From positions 104,197-166,710 of the forward strand of contig NIVC01001159.1 of assembly GCA_002269645.1 (NCBI GenBank): a stretch of DNA of 62,514 bases, in the 5' to 3' direction. The notes beneath the pieces were generated by a model that did no database searches, had not been told where the DNA came from, and saw nothing but the letters and a program-made list of their open reading frames with translations. Each line of letters starts with the position of its first letter. Positions within the stretch are counted from its first letter, which is position 1. A program made the translations under genes and the position numbers. Source of the stretch: Macrostomum lignano (taxonomy: Eukaryota). Of the stretch, positions 49,196 to 62,410 are shown one piece after another.

Positions 49196-50989
49196 TATCG
49201 CAAGTAAAGAAAAAGAAAGCCTTGAAGCTTAAGAATTAAAAAACTTAAATAATTATGGTGGCGAAGATTGATTTTGTGCCGACCCGTATGTACTAGCTAT
49301 TATACTTAATGATTTGCTTGCTTTCGTTTGAATAGCGATGTGATGTTTTACCTTGACAGCGAAAAAATACTTACTATTTAGGTGAAACTAATCCTAATAT
49401 ATTGATAACACTAAAAAATTACAAATTTACATTGTAAATCTATTTTCTGGCGCAAATTTTTATAAAGATTAATAAATTTGTTATAATTATACCTTTTATT
49501 AAATCCGCTTGTTTTTACTTAATATATACTTCAAGATTGCTTTCAATTTGAAAAAAAACTTTATCAATTTCGCATAAAATTCCTTCACTGATTTTTGCTT
49601 ACAGTTCTCGAAATGATCATTTTTCATTACAGCAATTGCTTTTAATCTACCAACAAAGTACTTAGGCACACAAGCTGCAGCTGTGCAGTGCTGTACTGGC
49701 ACAGTAATCAAATCTATACAATTTTTGTATTCTCATTCTCGAAATTTTTACATGTATAATGTGCCATAAAAGCCTAAGCAACAGCAGAGCTGCGTGCAGT
49801 CAGTTCCTGTGCTGATACTGTACAGTACCCTTGACTCAGGATTTACATATTCACAAATTTGAAAATTATTTTTATTTTTTTTAAAAACTAGCTCGTTTAA
49901 AAAATGCCTTAAGCAGAGCCCTTATTCCTTATTCATGAAAAAGGAAAAATGTTTACTTTAAAAAGGGGCCACTGCTGTGCTTAATTTTCGAAATACAAAC
50001 ACAAATCGTCTGGAGCTGCTTTGTCAATCATGCAGTTTTCTGCATTGAAAGCGTTTTCGTTGTTTAAATATGCAATACATCTATTCTACAGGAGGTTGGT
50101 AACGTAGGCAACGTAGAAATGAAGCTCTACGTCAGCTACCTCTAAAGAGTTTTTTAACCTGGATAGTCTGTTCTTACAATAACCCTGTGTAGCTGAGCTT
50201 TCTCAATTTGCAGAGCTACACGGATGCTGCAGTCTGAATGTAAATGCAGTGGGATTTTCGAGACAATTGCCTGTTTCTGAGCCTCCAGGGCGCTTTAAAG
50301 ACCATCAATTTGGAAACTACAATTACTTTATCTCATCGGTACTGTCATAATTTAAGCTATATGGCCGGCTACTAATACGAGTATACTCTCTCACTAATCT
50401 TGCTGTCAAGTTCTACCAGGGATTAAGAAATAATATAGTGTAGCGCGAATTTCTATTTATGCTACTGGTAGTAGTCTTAGTTTCAGAAAATGTCAGTAAT
50501 ATATTTAAAGCTTTTATACGAGTATAATGTAAAGAGGCGTAGCGCTCGTGGGAAGGATAAGTTTGTTTAGTTTCCTTTCCTTAATTCAAGATCGGGATCG
50601 TCAAAGTTTAACTTTCAGGTAAATGAGAAGATGATATGATAATTTTTTAGCTTGTTGATGAACAGTCTTGGGCCAGTATCAAAGGGAGTCATTCATAAAT
50701 TGTACTACGAAATTGTACTTCATAAGGAATAGCAGGGGAATCCGGGTGTTAAACTATCTTTTATTGGAACAGCTTACTTTTCTTTGGATTCCCGCCCTCG
50801 TTCTTTTATCTCCTAAAACTAGGCTTAGTGAATCTCAGGAAACGTGTTGGCAGCGAGCTATCAAATCAAATCAGTTATCCACTAAGAGTAAGCAAGAACA
50901 GGCGCTAAACGTTGCTGCCCATTTCGCTGACCCCTGGCGACAACAGGCAGCTGGTGCTGCGGTGTCGCGCAAAGAGTTCCGGTGGTGCC

Positions 50990-51430
50990 GGTGTCCGCAG
51001 CGCGGTCCCCCTCCAGGAGGTGGATTGTCGCTCGCCCGATAGCCCTTAGGTAGCGGACGAGCTGGCAGAGATTCTCGGGCCTGAAAACGTCGGAGAGGTC
51101 CGAGTTTGGGCCGAGCAGGGACAACTAAAGCACTCTAGTGTCATAGTGTCCTAAACGAGTGTTTAGTTGTCCCTGGGGCCGTGATAGGTGAGCCTGACCT
51201 GAGTAAAGGCAGGGCATTCACAGATGAAGTGCTCCGCATTCTCGACACCGGAGAGGCAGAAAGGGCATTCCTCACTGCGGATTTTTCCCTGCAGGTGGCG
51301 ATGCCTGGCAAAACAGCCATTACCCGAGAGAGTCCCTGATGTCCCTGCGGTTGAGTCCAATCAGGGCCCCGCCCTGCGATGGAACTGCGAGCCGGAATCC
51401 AGGCACGGTGCCGGTGGGTCTGGGGTCACG
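50990..51430 (-). mobile_element. Degenerate non-LTR retrotransposon ORF2 3' remnant (zinc-knuckle region, I/R1/Loa-type)
   Basis: [63 protein letters not shown], broken by indels. Confidence 0.6.
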
Positions 51431-52697
51431 ACGCTAAGCCATAAGAAACGATCCGGTTTGCAAATGCAGAATTTTTACTAATAATGGACCAAATAATAAC
51501 ACATTCGTAGTTAGCGGACAATGTAATCCAAGAATCCGCAAACGCATGCCTGCAGCATCAAGTCTGTAGCCACCGCCGTCGTATAAAATCTCTTGGTCAG
51601 TAGTTAAAGTCTCAGGAAATAAGAAAATGGATAGCCAGGGAGCAGACTCATTTGAGTCCTGCAGTTTGCGCTCTGTCACGGGAAACCCGAGGCTCGCTCG
51701 AGTCAATTAGCTAATGCTTTTCTGACGCCCAGTTCGCCCGGAGACAGCTGTGCAAAAAGAGTCCGCAGTCTGGTCTATTTGGTCGCGAATTTTCCAGGCC
51801 ACAGACAGCCTCAATATCTGATTTGTTGGTTTTGAGAGGCCATTTAAGCGTGCTTAATTAGGAGCACTCTTTATCTGGCCTCTCTTTCAGTAGTTTGATT
51901 TTATATTGCACTTTGCTTGATTGCTTGGTATTCGCAAGGCAGGCAAGCGTCTTTTCAATGACTTTACTAGCGCATAAAAATTTAAGAAGTTGCGAGTGAA
52001 GTTAAGCTAAAATTCGACCAATTGCTTCATCTTGATCTTTTCCGCTCAATTGAGTAGTTACGTCTAAGCCTTATAGGAGGGTCGCAATAAGCCAAATGGA
52101 CAAACAGTGGTCAGTAAGTTATTCAATCAAGCAACTATTTGAAAATGGAAACGATGTTGCCGTGTATATGGCACTGTGGCTAACTTACAACATAGTAGCT
52201 GGTATGATAATTAGTCTTAATAAATCTGCAAGATAGCCTATGGGCCCTTTCACGACCAATTTAAGGCCAGAACCTCGCTGTAATTACTACTTTTATTAGT
52301 ATTTTCACCTTGCTGGACATAGCCTTGATTGATCTTTAATGACCTCAGACTTGCAAGAACCCCTAAGAGGAAGAGTAGGTAACGTTGGGAGTACCACGTG
52401 CTGCGATACAGCAAGTAAAGTTACAAAATGGACCCCAAAAAAGTTGTCGGACAACTCGAAATTATATGTGTTCAATAGCTGCAGTCAGTAACTCAATAAC
52501 TCAATAAAGAGATCGACCGGAAGTGCATGCGAGCGACGCGAGAGGTGACAGAAGAGGCGCTCTTTCACACCTTGTCCGACACGATTTTTGCCAAAGTAGC
52601 AAACGTATTTAACAGTAGGTATCAGATTTTAGTTTTACTGGAACGCTTTCATTGTATCCTTGAATCCCTAGTCTACGTACTAAGATAGTTTGTACAG

Positions 52698-52743
52698 GGT
52701 GCAATCAGGGACTACTAAATACTTAGTAGTCCCTGGGTGCAAT
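52698..52743. mobile_element. 30 bp TIR-only hAT-like micro-element with 8 bp TSD
   Basis: ggtgcaat [cagggactactaa atac ttagtagtccctg] ggtgcaat: perfect 13 bp TIRs and a perfect 8 bp direct repeat. Confidence 0.75.
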
Positions 52744-53694
52744 ACTCAAGTAAGCTGGCTCTTACTGGCCGGCGCACGCGTGTGAGTGCCCACAATGTTT
52801 CAGAGTCTAAGGTGTCAGGACATTTCAGGACAAAAAATATCAATCAGATGCTGTAAGTCATGACAGAAAGCTGCGCGCTTAATGAGCTCTGAGACTGGCA
52901 GGCCTCCTTCATTTGAGTCTTCACTCGGGCTGGTTAGCGCTGCAGACCCGTATTACTTCTAGGCTTATTCGCGAGCACCAAAACGTTCGCAGCAAGAGAC
53001 GACCTATTGACTAGTTGGTCTATCAAAAACACCAGAGAGGGCGACGCGGGGTGCCAGATTTTCGTAGATCTCTCAGTACTTCGGGATGTCATATGTTTCT
53101 TTTCTATCCTATGGGGAGAAGAATGCCGGTTAATGTACCTAGTTATATAGATAATGATCTGAGTAACTCCGTGCGTAGAGACGAGACTGTGTGAGATCCA
53201 TACCTGGAAGGAAGAGCTTTTCCTAATCGAACTCAGTAACGAAAGGCTAATTTTTCTCTGTTTGCCCTAGTGTTTCATTTTGCACCTGATGGATTGCTTT
53301 TGAAGTTAAGTACATATAAAATTGTAACTCTTTGGGAAGTTGAAAATTTGGACCATAACCAAAATTTTGCGTGCATCACATAAAAATGCAGTGCAATATT
53401 TGGGAACCAAGGGTGCAATATGAAAATATTCGTACGCTCGTATGTCTGAGAAGACTTCAACTGCAGCAGATGTTGCTACACTTGAGTAGAACTCAGAATA
53501 AATTTGACGGAAGTTTATTGAGCATGTTAAGCTCGAGCAGCTTGTCTTATAAACAGGCTGCTTAAGTAAATAAGTAACAAGTTCCAAAGCATCTGTAAAA
53601 CTGTATTTTTCATTAAAGCAGGTTTCCAACTTTATGAAATGTTTCTCAGGCAAACTTTTTTGTACGATTTTGTCTCTGCTGGCTGTTGCCTTCA

Positions 53695-56600
53695 TCACTC
53701 CGGCTCCACTCGAAACTCGTCGCCCAAGAAGAGAGCCAGCCAGTACAGCACATTCACGGCCAGGAACGAGGCTGGAAATATGAATCGAGACGCCCGATCG
53801 ATACAGGACTCCGAGTTGGGACCGGATGTTCTACGGCTCTCCTTCAGCAGCATGTACTTCCTGTCTCCGCGCAGGCAGTGCAGGAACATGCTCGGGCAGG
53901 AGTCGCCGCCGCCAACGCCGGTTGGTCGGCCAGCGGCTTCTTCGACGTGTCCGTCGTTGGAGAAGTTCGGTCTCCATTGATTGCTGTCTCTTTGCGAGTG
54001 TGGCCGGCGATTCAGTCTGTTCCGTGTCTGCGAGTCGTCTTCCTCAATCAACTGAGCGCCCGCATTCTTCAGAGTGGTCGCTTCGGGCTCGGCGGAGTCG
54101 ATAGAAGCCTGGCAGCGTAGGAATTTTGACTTACAATAAATGTGAAATATTTGCTGCATTTTTAACAGACATTGTCTACTTGAGACAGGGTGGGGGCTGT
54201 GTGCGTCAATGGCGTCAGACCCAAGCAGACCCAAGCGAACATTCCAATTTAGCAGTTAGCAAGATTTCAATCCATAATATTACAATTTGACTGCGCTTAG
54301 AATCGAGCCTGGGCCGCTGGAACATAAGAGCGCTGGCTAACGGCTACTACTAACAGGCATTAACATGTAGGTAAAACTTGTTGCTTCAGGTAGCACCTGC
54401 CAGTTTATTGTACTGATCTATAGACGTTAATACTCCAGCATCTAGCTTTGAGATTATGCCTAGGGCTGAGGTATTTGAAATCAATAATCATATATAATAC
54501 GCTTGTACAAATAACAAATAAAAATTAACCTCCTTGGAGATATACTTTCCCAAGCTACAACGGGAGCCGAAATAATTGTGTATAAAGGAGAGATGTAAAG
54601 CTACTTATCGCGCGCGGCTGATTATTTTGATTACACAGTTGAGCACCGCTAAGCCGCGCACCTGGGGTCTCCTGGGAATTTCCACATTGCCAGTCTTGGT
54701 GAAATAGTTCACTCCCGCGTACTCCAGCAGGGCGGAGAACACGAAGAAGAAGCAGACCAGCAGGAAGACGTCCAGAGCGGTGGCGTAGGACACCTTCGGC
54801 AGGCCGATGCGGCCAGTCAGCGTGATGGTGACGCTTGTGAGCAGCGTTGTGATTGCTGCGGGGTTCCGATGAATTATAGGTGAACAATAAGCTTGTCAAC
54901 CGGTTTTAGTCGGAGAAAGGGTTAGAGTTAAAAAATTGAGGGTTAAAACTTGAAAACATAAAGTTTCAATCTCCTGCAAATACATCTCTTTATTACTAAT
55001 AACAAACCACTAAGCAACCTTACATTCCTCATCATGTACTCATGCTTAATCTATCACCGATTAACACTAACCCTAGCACCAACACCTCACCAAAATAGCC
55101 AACTCACAAGCACACCAATCCACAAGCACACCAATCCACAAGCACACTAATCCACAAGCACACCAATCCACAAGCACACTAATCCACAAGCACACCAATC
55201 CCAAAGCACACCAATCCAAAGCACACCAATCCACAGGCACACCAATCCACAAGCACACTAATCCACAAGCACACCAATCCACAAGCACACCAATCCACAA
55301 GCACACCAATCCACAAGCACACCAATTCACAGGCACACAAATCCATAAGCACACTAATTGAGATTCTCACTAATTCACAAACACACAAAAATCAATCAAA
55401 AATCAATTTGCAAGCAACTCAGCACACTTCGAAAGCAAAGAATGCTAAAGTACACAATGAAGGCTGAGAAACGCACAGAGAGTCACACGAGCCGGGGTCG
55501 CCTCCCTGTTGATCCAGAAGCTAACCCAGGAGATCGCCACAGTCATGTAGGAGGGCAGGTAGATCTGCAGTACATAGAATCCGATCATCCTCTCCAGCGG
55601 AATGGTCATGCTGAGCAGGTTTCGATACTCTGAAAAGTATCGTTTCCTCTATCGTGTCCAGCTTTTTGTTTAAGCAGTAAAATTAGTTCAACTAATGCAA
55701 AGTTGGGACCGCCCCATCAGCTGAACTTACACAGGTTGGGAAACACAGTATAAACGGATTAAACTCCTTGGTTTAAAAAATGGTCAATGGGGATTCAATC
55801 TTGTTGATATTTTTTCAAGCTACCCAAGAAGACATGGCTGAGTGGATTATCAAACTCCAGAGGTGACTTATGTCATTCAGGATGCAGAGGGTTTTTGCCA
55901 GACTCACCTTTCCCTAACCGGGTATGCTGATGCGAGAACAGCACCCTCTCCTGACGGAATAGAAACTGCGCCATGGCGGTCACCTCTACGCCCAGATTTT
56001 TGTTAGTTGAATTGACCACCGTGTCGGGAATGTAATGCAGGTGCGGGCCGGCTCTGGCCTCCTCCCACCACAGGTACACCAAGTTGTGCGAGTCGTACGC
56101 GACTGGAATGCGTTTTTAGTTGAAGCCAGCTAGGCATCAGATTATCAGAGGTCTTTGTACCAAATCCCAAACTGAGTTCCTGACTCACAGCTGCCAATGA
56201 ACAGCGGACATGTCTGCCGGTCAACAGGGAATTTCCTGAAGTCCATGTAGCAAACCGCCTTTACCGTGAGCCTGCAAGCATTAGCGTTGAAATATATCTG
56301 CTGTTTGAAACTCGTTCCAAACGCCTTTAAGTCAGCCATCAAATCACACGACTGATGTACAAAACAACGGAGAGTTCCGTAATCTGATCCGGTCAAACAA
56401 AAAATTGGTATCCTAATTCCAATTTTTTTTCACATTCCAGAAATTTTCGAGTATTGAACTATCGAAATTGTTATTAAGGCTTTTCGACAATTTCAATTTC
56501 GAAATTACGATATTCTGTACGACGCGTCAACCACTGCCAAAAAGGACGGATCAGCTCAGCGGTAAACGCTTCTCTCTATCGCGCCACGAACCCTTCGTTT

Positions 56601-57115
56601 GATTCAGTGTGCGGTCACATTTGTTTGGGAGCTTGTGCAAGAAGATGCAGATCTACTTTGATAGTGGTTTGAAATAACTATTCGCAGGAGGGCCCCAACC
56701 TGACGCAACGGCTTCGGCGACATCGTCAAACACTCTCTGTACCCTTGGGGTTGGCCCTCATAGTGTGAATTGCACGACAACCGCAGGCCAATTTTATTTA
56801 TACCGCATGGAGAAGAACACGGTGCCGTCCGCCTGAATGCGAAGCAGTTTGTTCGGCGTTGTCAGCTCGTGCAGCTGAGAGCCGCGTCCATTGAAAAAGT
56901 ACGTGTCCGGCCGCCAGATGCGGCTCAGGATGCTGATGCTGACTTTGATCTCGTCCTGCTGCGCAATTTCCGGATCGAATTTGAGCCGGCTGTCCATCCA
57001 GCACTGCCGGAAGTAGATCTCCATGGCGTACATCTGGCCATTGGGAGCGGCGCTTCAATGACAACCTCCTGTATTTGTATCTCTTCTAGTCTGTCTGTCT
57101 GTCTGTCTATCAGAG

Positions 57116-57192
<77 letters not shown>

Positions 57193-60100
57193 GTCTGTCT
57201 GTCTGTCTGTCTGTCTGTATGTCTGTCTGTCTGTCTGTCTGTCTTTCTGTCTGCCTGTCTGTCTGTCTCTCTCGTATCACTCTGGATCTATTTTCCAGCT
57301 TTAGAATCTTACACTAAGAGTGTTGGATAACACACAGTATTAGGAGCGATAATTATTTGAATACCATTTTCTCCTCGTCAATCGGTCCGAGGTTTTTGAT
57401 GAGCATGTTCACTGACACCGCCACCGGGTCGTCATCTGGAGGGAAGAGAAAGTGGATTAATAGTATTGCTTTAACCTCTGTGTTATTAAAAGTTTGTGCG
57501 AAGACACCTTATGTGATCTGTCATATAAAAGTAGTTACTCATGTTACGTCCTTTATGTACTTTAGTAACTCCACTTGCCAAGAAAGGCTGACAAAATTAA
57601 TTCAAGCATGGAGTGGCCTGTTAATCACAATTAAACTGTGACTCATTTTGAGTCTGTTGTCCCGCTAAGCCCCAGCCAGATTATTCCCACGCACACTCGC
57701 CCATGTCTCAGCCAACAAGACTTCACCGCTAAAATTTCCATAAGTTATTTCCGAGCCGACCCGGGCTCGCTTCACAAATTTTTCGGGGATCAGAGCGAAA
57801 GCTCGTAGCTCGCAGCCTGAGCAGTAAAGTTTACATTCAAGAACGAAGCTCCAGTCTTACTTTCTGACTCTTCGCTCTGCTGTGCCTCTACTTGAGCAGC
57901 GGAGCGGCATCTCAGCGCCAACTTCGCCCGCCATACTGTCGGGCCCGCGATCCCAATCTCTGGGATTTTGACACCGAGTTGAAAATGATGAACGACACGG
58001 GTCGGTCTTAGTTGAGGTGGTTTTCCAAACTCACTGTGAGCAGCCAGTCCCCATCTGAGTCTCCTGGGCCTGGGGATAAACAACTCCCGGTTTGCCAATG
58101 GGATTTGCTAATCCGCTTTCGGCTCACCTCAACCCGGCAATCCGGCTTCATGCCCTGCGATGCGAGCCGCACCGCAAATAACCGCTTCAAAACTTATCCA
58201 GCATTTTTACATTTCACTTCTATTCGAATTTCTCATTGTTGAAGAGCCATTTATTTCCTTTAAACATGCAGAGCTGCTGAAGCGGTTGCTTGAGAAATTT
58301 TCTTGGATTAAGCAAAAGTACACTCGGACTGGAGGAAAAGCAGTTTAACCAGAAAATATCTATGATAATATCTATGCAGAAGCTATCTTCGCAGTCAACG
58401 CAGAGAGCAGGAATGGCTTGAATTTTTTAATCCTGCTTAAGTCAGCCTAGACTTGGCAGGGTCAACACCAGAAACTCTCCAGCAGTGCAGGCACTTTTCC
58501 TTTGTGTCTGCTAAATGCTCGTTCAATGCATTGCAGGCCCTGCGGCTTTATGCCTGATAGCTTGGAATGCATTTTGCTGCCAAATTTGTGTGTGGGCCTG
58601 CATGCTTGCTTCTGTGCTGCATCAGCTGTTTCCTTTGCTCACCATGTCTCTCCCTCTCTCCCTCTCTTCTCCTTTCCCTCTCCCCTCTCTCCCTCTCTTC
58701 TCCTTTCCCTCTCCCCTCTCTCCCTGTCTTCTCCTTGCCCTCTCCCCTCTCTCCCTGTCTTCTCCTTGCCCTCTCCCTGTCTTCTCCTTGCCCTCTCCCC
58801 TCTCTCCCTGTCTTCTCCTTTCCCTCTCCCCTCTCTCCCTGTCTTCTCCTTTCCCTCTCCCTCTCTCCCTGTCTTCTCCTTGCCCTCTCCCTGTCTTCTC
58901 CTTGCCCTCTCCCCTCTCTCCCTGTCTTCTCCTTGCCCTCTCCCTGTCTTCTCCTTGCCCTCTCCCCTCTCTCCCTGTCTTCTCCTTTCCCTCTCCCCTC
59001 TCTCCCTGTCTTCTCCTTTCCCTCTCCCCTCTCTCCCTGTCTTCTCCTTGCCCTCTCCCGTCTCTCCCTGTCTTCTCCTTGCCCTCTCCCCTCTCTCCCT
59101 GTCTTCTCCTTGCCCTCTCCCCTCTCTCCCTGTCTTCTCCTTGCCCTCTCCCCTCTCTCCCTGTCTTCTCCTTGCCCTCTCCCCTCTCTCCCTGTCTTCT
59201 CCTTTCCCTCTCCCCTCTCTCCCTGTCTTCTCCTTGCCCTCTCCCTCTCTCCCTGTCTTCTCCTTGCCCTCTCCCCTCTCTCCCTGTCTTCTCCTTGCCC
59301 TCTCCCCTCTCTCCCTGTCTTCTCCTTGCCCTCTCCCTGTCTTCTCCTTGCCCTCTCCCCTCTCTCCCTGTCTTCTCCTTGCCCTCTCCCTGTCTTCTCC
59401 TTGCCCTCTCCCCTCTCTCCCTGTCTTCTCCTTGCCCTCTCCCTGTCTTCTCCTTGCCCTCTCCCCTCTCTCCCTGTCTTCTCCTTGCCCTCTCCCCTCT
59501 CTCCCTGTCTTCTCCTTGCCCTCTCCCCTCATCCTCTCTCCCTCTCTTCTCTCTCCTTTTTTCCTCCTCTCCCCTCTCCCCTCTCTATCTCTCACTCCCT
59601 CTCCTCTCCCTTTCTCCCTCTCCCCTCTCTGCAAGTTTAATAAAATAATACATCAAGGCAGGCATTGACACCCAGTCTGTGTGCTGCTGATCACACTACC
59701 ATTAGTGCTTGGCCAGTAACTGAACGAGTGCTAGGCGTTGATCCAGAGGAGCAGCTCACCGATAACCTCTCTTTCCCCAGTCAGGTTGTTAAGCTTGAAC
59801 TCCAGCCCAGGCCGCAGGTTGCTGTCGTACCGGCTGCTGTTGAGCATCTGGTCGAGCACCCGGGAGATGCGAACCAGCTGGGAGGCGTTGGCGGAGACCG
59901 CGGCTGCGTCGAGACGGCTGCGCGGGGGTGGCCGCGGCTCCCCTGAGCTGCGGTGCGAATCGGGGTTGACGGTCTCAAAGCCAGCCCATGCGCATTTCGG
60001 ATAACTAGAGTGGGAGTGGAGAGAGGTAGAGTGGGAGTGGAGAGGGGTAGAGTGGGACTGGCGAGAGGTAGAGTGGGAGTGGAGAGGGGTAGAGTGGGAC

Positions 60101-60395
60101 TGGCGAGAGGTAGAGTGGGAGTGGAGAGGGTAGAGTGGGACTGGCGAGAGGTAAAGTGGGAGTGGAGAGGAGTAGAGTGGGACTGGCGAGAGGTGAGTGG
60201 GACTGGCGAGAGGTAGAGTGGGACTGGCGAGAGGGAGAGTGGAGATATAGGAGAAATAAAGTAGGAAAAAGGAAATAGTGAAGACTACAAAGTCCCAAAA
60301 GTCTGAAATGTTAGCAGTGAGGAGTGAGTAAAGGATTTCTCCGCTCACCTCACCGACATCCAGCAGAGTACAGGAATCAGCCACTTGCTCAACAT
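53695..60395 (-). CDS. Cys-loop ligand-gated chloride channel, GABA-A alpha/GRD-like subunit, 9 exons
   Basis: Exons 60395-60349, 60004-59760, 57435-57365, 57033-56804, 56271-56189, 56102-55908, 55629-55477, 54855-54662 and 54108-53695 are all phase-consistent. Features: signal peptide, [15 protein letters not shown], Cys-loop [37 protein letters not shown] and M4 [10 protein letters not shown]. The 83 and 153 nt exons are typical of GABA-A genes. Confidence 0.93.
55105..55365. repeat. 16 bp minisatellite (ccaatccacaagcaca)n, intronic
   Basis: Tandem units. Confidence 0.9.
57085..57268. repeat. (CTGT)n microsatellite, intronic
   Basis: Direct reading. Confidence 0.95.
58640..59625. repeat. 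~1 kb polypyrimidine minisatellite (22-33 bp units, ctctccctgtcttctccttgccctctccc)
   Basis: Tandem units, almost entirely C/T on the plus strand. Confidence 0.95.
60008..60242. repeat. Purine-rich ~21 bp minisatellite (gagaggtagagtgggactggc), intron 1 of the channel gene
   Basis: Tandem units. Confidence 0.9.
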
Positions 60396-60586
60396 CGGAA
60401 GTCAGTCGAAACTCGAATTATTAGATTAAAAACATGCCTTCATATCCGGATGCTTGGCCCTGAGTAGGTCAACTACAACCTTGAGCAAAGTGGATCTTCT
60501 GCAAGCTAACAGAGAGTTTTAGCCACTCAGCGACTGTCTGGGAAAAGTGAGCAGCCAATGAGGAATGAGTAGAACGGATTGTGAGA

Positions 60587-60587
<1 letters not shown>

Positions 60588-60637
<50 letters not shown>

Positions 60638-60640
60638 CTA

Positions 60641-60689
<49 letters not shown>

Positions 60690-60715
60690 ACTATCTATCT
60701 ATCTATCTATCATCT
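60588..60715. repeat. (TATC)n microsatellite
   Basis: Direct reading. Confidence 0.95.
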
Positions 60716-61879
60716 ATCGTCGGCAAGTCATGAAAAGAGTTTTGCCCCAGGCCTGGAGCCCTCAAAGCCAGTGAGGCCCAAGGCACGTGCACCGGACTCA
60801 ACTGTCTAATTATTCATGCTGGCAGGGAACTGAAGCCAGCACGGAAGCCTGTCGCAAATAAACAAGCATTAATACACAGATATAACTTGAGAGGCAGCTA
60901 AGGAGTTTCCTGTCAGCTGCGTTCCTGACCCAGCCCCGGGCAGGCCAACCAAATGGTCTAATGGCGTCACCCCCACTGAGATGTCAGGCGGTGCTTATTC
61001 GGGGCTAAAAGCTGTGATTAACTCCAAGACCCCCAGTGCCATAGAAACAGACTGGAGTTGATGCCGCTTCCAGCTGCATCTGAACTGCTCAGCTCTTCCG
61101 TACAGGCTTGACACGACTTGTCAGTTTATTATTTATTAGGGCGGGCTGGGGCAGGCCGAAGACAGTCTCACTGTCTGAGTTGAAGGTACATAGAATACAC
61201 TTCTCAATGCCCTTCTCCAATACACTGAATGGGATCGGCACGGATCTATAGGCAGGCTATAATGCAATGTATTCTCAAGCTGAAGTCAGGCTGTATTAGC
61301 TGTAGCCACGACAGTACAAGCTGTGCGGATCTCTTGGATTTTCACCTTCTGCTTCACAAGCCTCACAAATCGCTCAGATGATGATTATTCTCGTGTTCAG
61401 ATGTCGAAGCTTATTGTCAGGTGTCTATTCAGCAAACTTGATGATTAAAAACACTGCATAGCTTCTTCTTTTGCAGCGTGTCCTGTTGTTTATTAATGGA
61501 ATCTCGGCACATGATTGAAAACCAGAATTGGAGCTCCTGTTCAACACACAAGCGCACCAATGCTGTACGCAGGCTCGCATTCACACAACGGTCTACACAG
61601 GGTGTACAGCTGCATGTGCACTCTCTGTGCCTTGGAAGCTGGCCCTCAAACTGAATGAATGAGGCCGCGCGCACTGAAGCGAACCAGGTGGCCGCGGGTG
61701 GCTCGGGAGCTAGACTCGTTTACCCCTGAGCTGCTCTACCTCAAATAAGAGAATACGAAAGCGTCGCCACGGATTTTATGGTGGGGGGGGGACAAAGCCA
61801 AGAATTCTAGATATACATGTACGCGACGAAATTCCTACATGTACATTATTTTCATAATCGGTGTTTTCAGCACTCATTA

Positions 61880-62410
61880 TAGCACTGCAGGCACTCATTT
61901 TAGCGCCGCAGGCACTCATTTTAGCGCCGCAGGCACTCATTTTAGCGCCGCAGGCACTCATTTCAGCGCCACAGGCACTCATTTCAGCGCCGCAGGCACT
62001 CATTTCAGGCCACAGGCACTCATTTCAGCGCCGCAAGCACTCATTTTAGCGCCACACCACCATTTTAGCGCCGCAGGCACTCATTTCAGCACCGCAGGCA
62101 CTCATTTCAGCGCCGCAGGCACTCATTTTAGCGCCGCAGGCACTCATTTTAGCGCCGCAGGCACTCATTTCAGCACCACAGGCACTCATTTCAGCGCCAC
62201 AGGCACTCATTTCAGCGCCACAGGCACTCATTTCAGCGCCGCAAGCACTCATTTTCGCCACACCACCATTTTAGCGCCGCAGGCACTCATTTTAGCGCCA
62301 TAGGCACCATTTTAGCGCCGCAGGCACTCATTTTAGCGCCACAGGCACTCATTTTAGCGCCACAGGCACCATTTTAGCGCCGCAGGCACTCATTTTAGCG
62401 CCACAGGCAC
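61880..62410. repeat. 21 bp minisatellite (aggcactcattttagcgccgc)n
   Basis: About 24 tandem units; the region is flanked by related ggggggacaaagc motifs at ~61785 and ~62455. Confidence 0.9.

Noticed and set aside
51434-51706. Further LINE coding fragment or gene
   Set aside because: Only a vague resemblance to retroelement sequence; cannot be supported without a search
55073-55388. Cys/Trp-rich repeat ORFs
   Set aside because: Frames of the intronic 16 bp repeat
58502-59668. Four long ORFs of 331-388 aa
   Set aside because: Stop-free frames through the intronic pyrimidine minisatellite; no domain content
60725-61130. Possible interspersed repeat or retroelement UTR
   Set aside because: No termini, TSD or ORF can be demonstrated from this window alone
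61776-62303. MSACGAE / FSAAGTH repeat ORFs
   Set aside because: Frames of the 21 bp minisatellite
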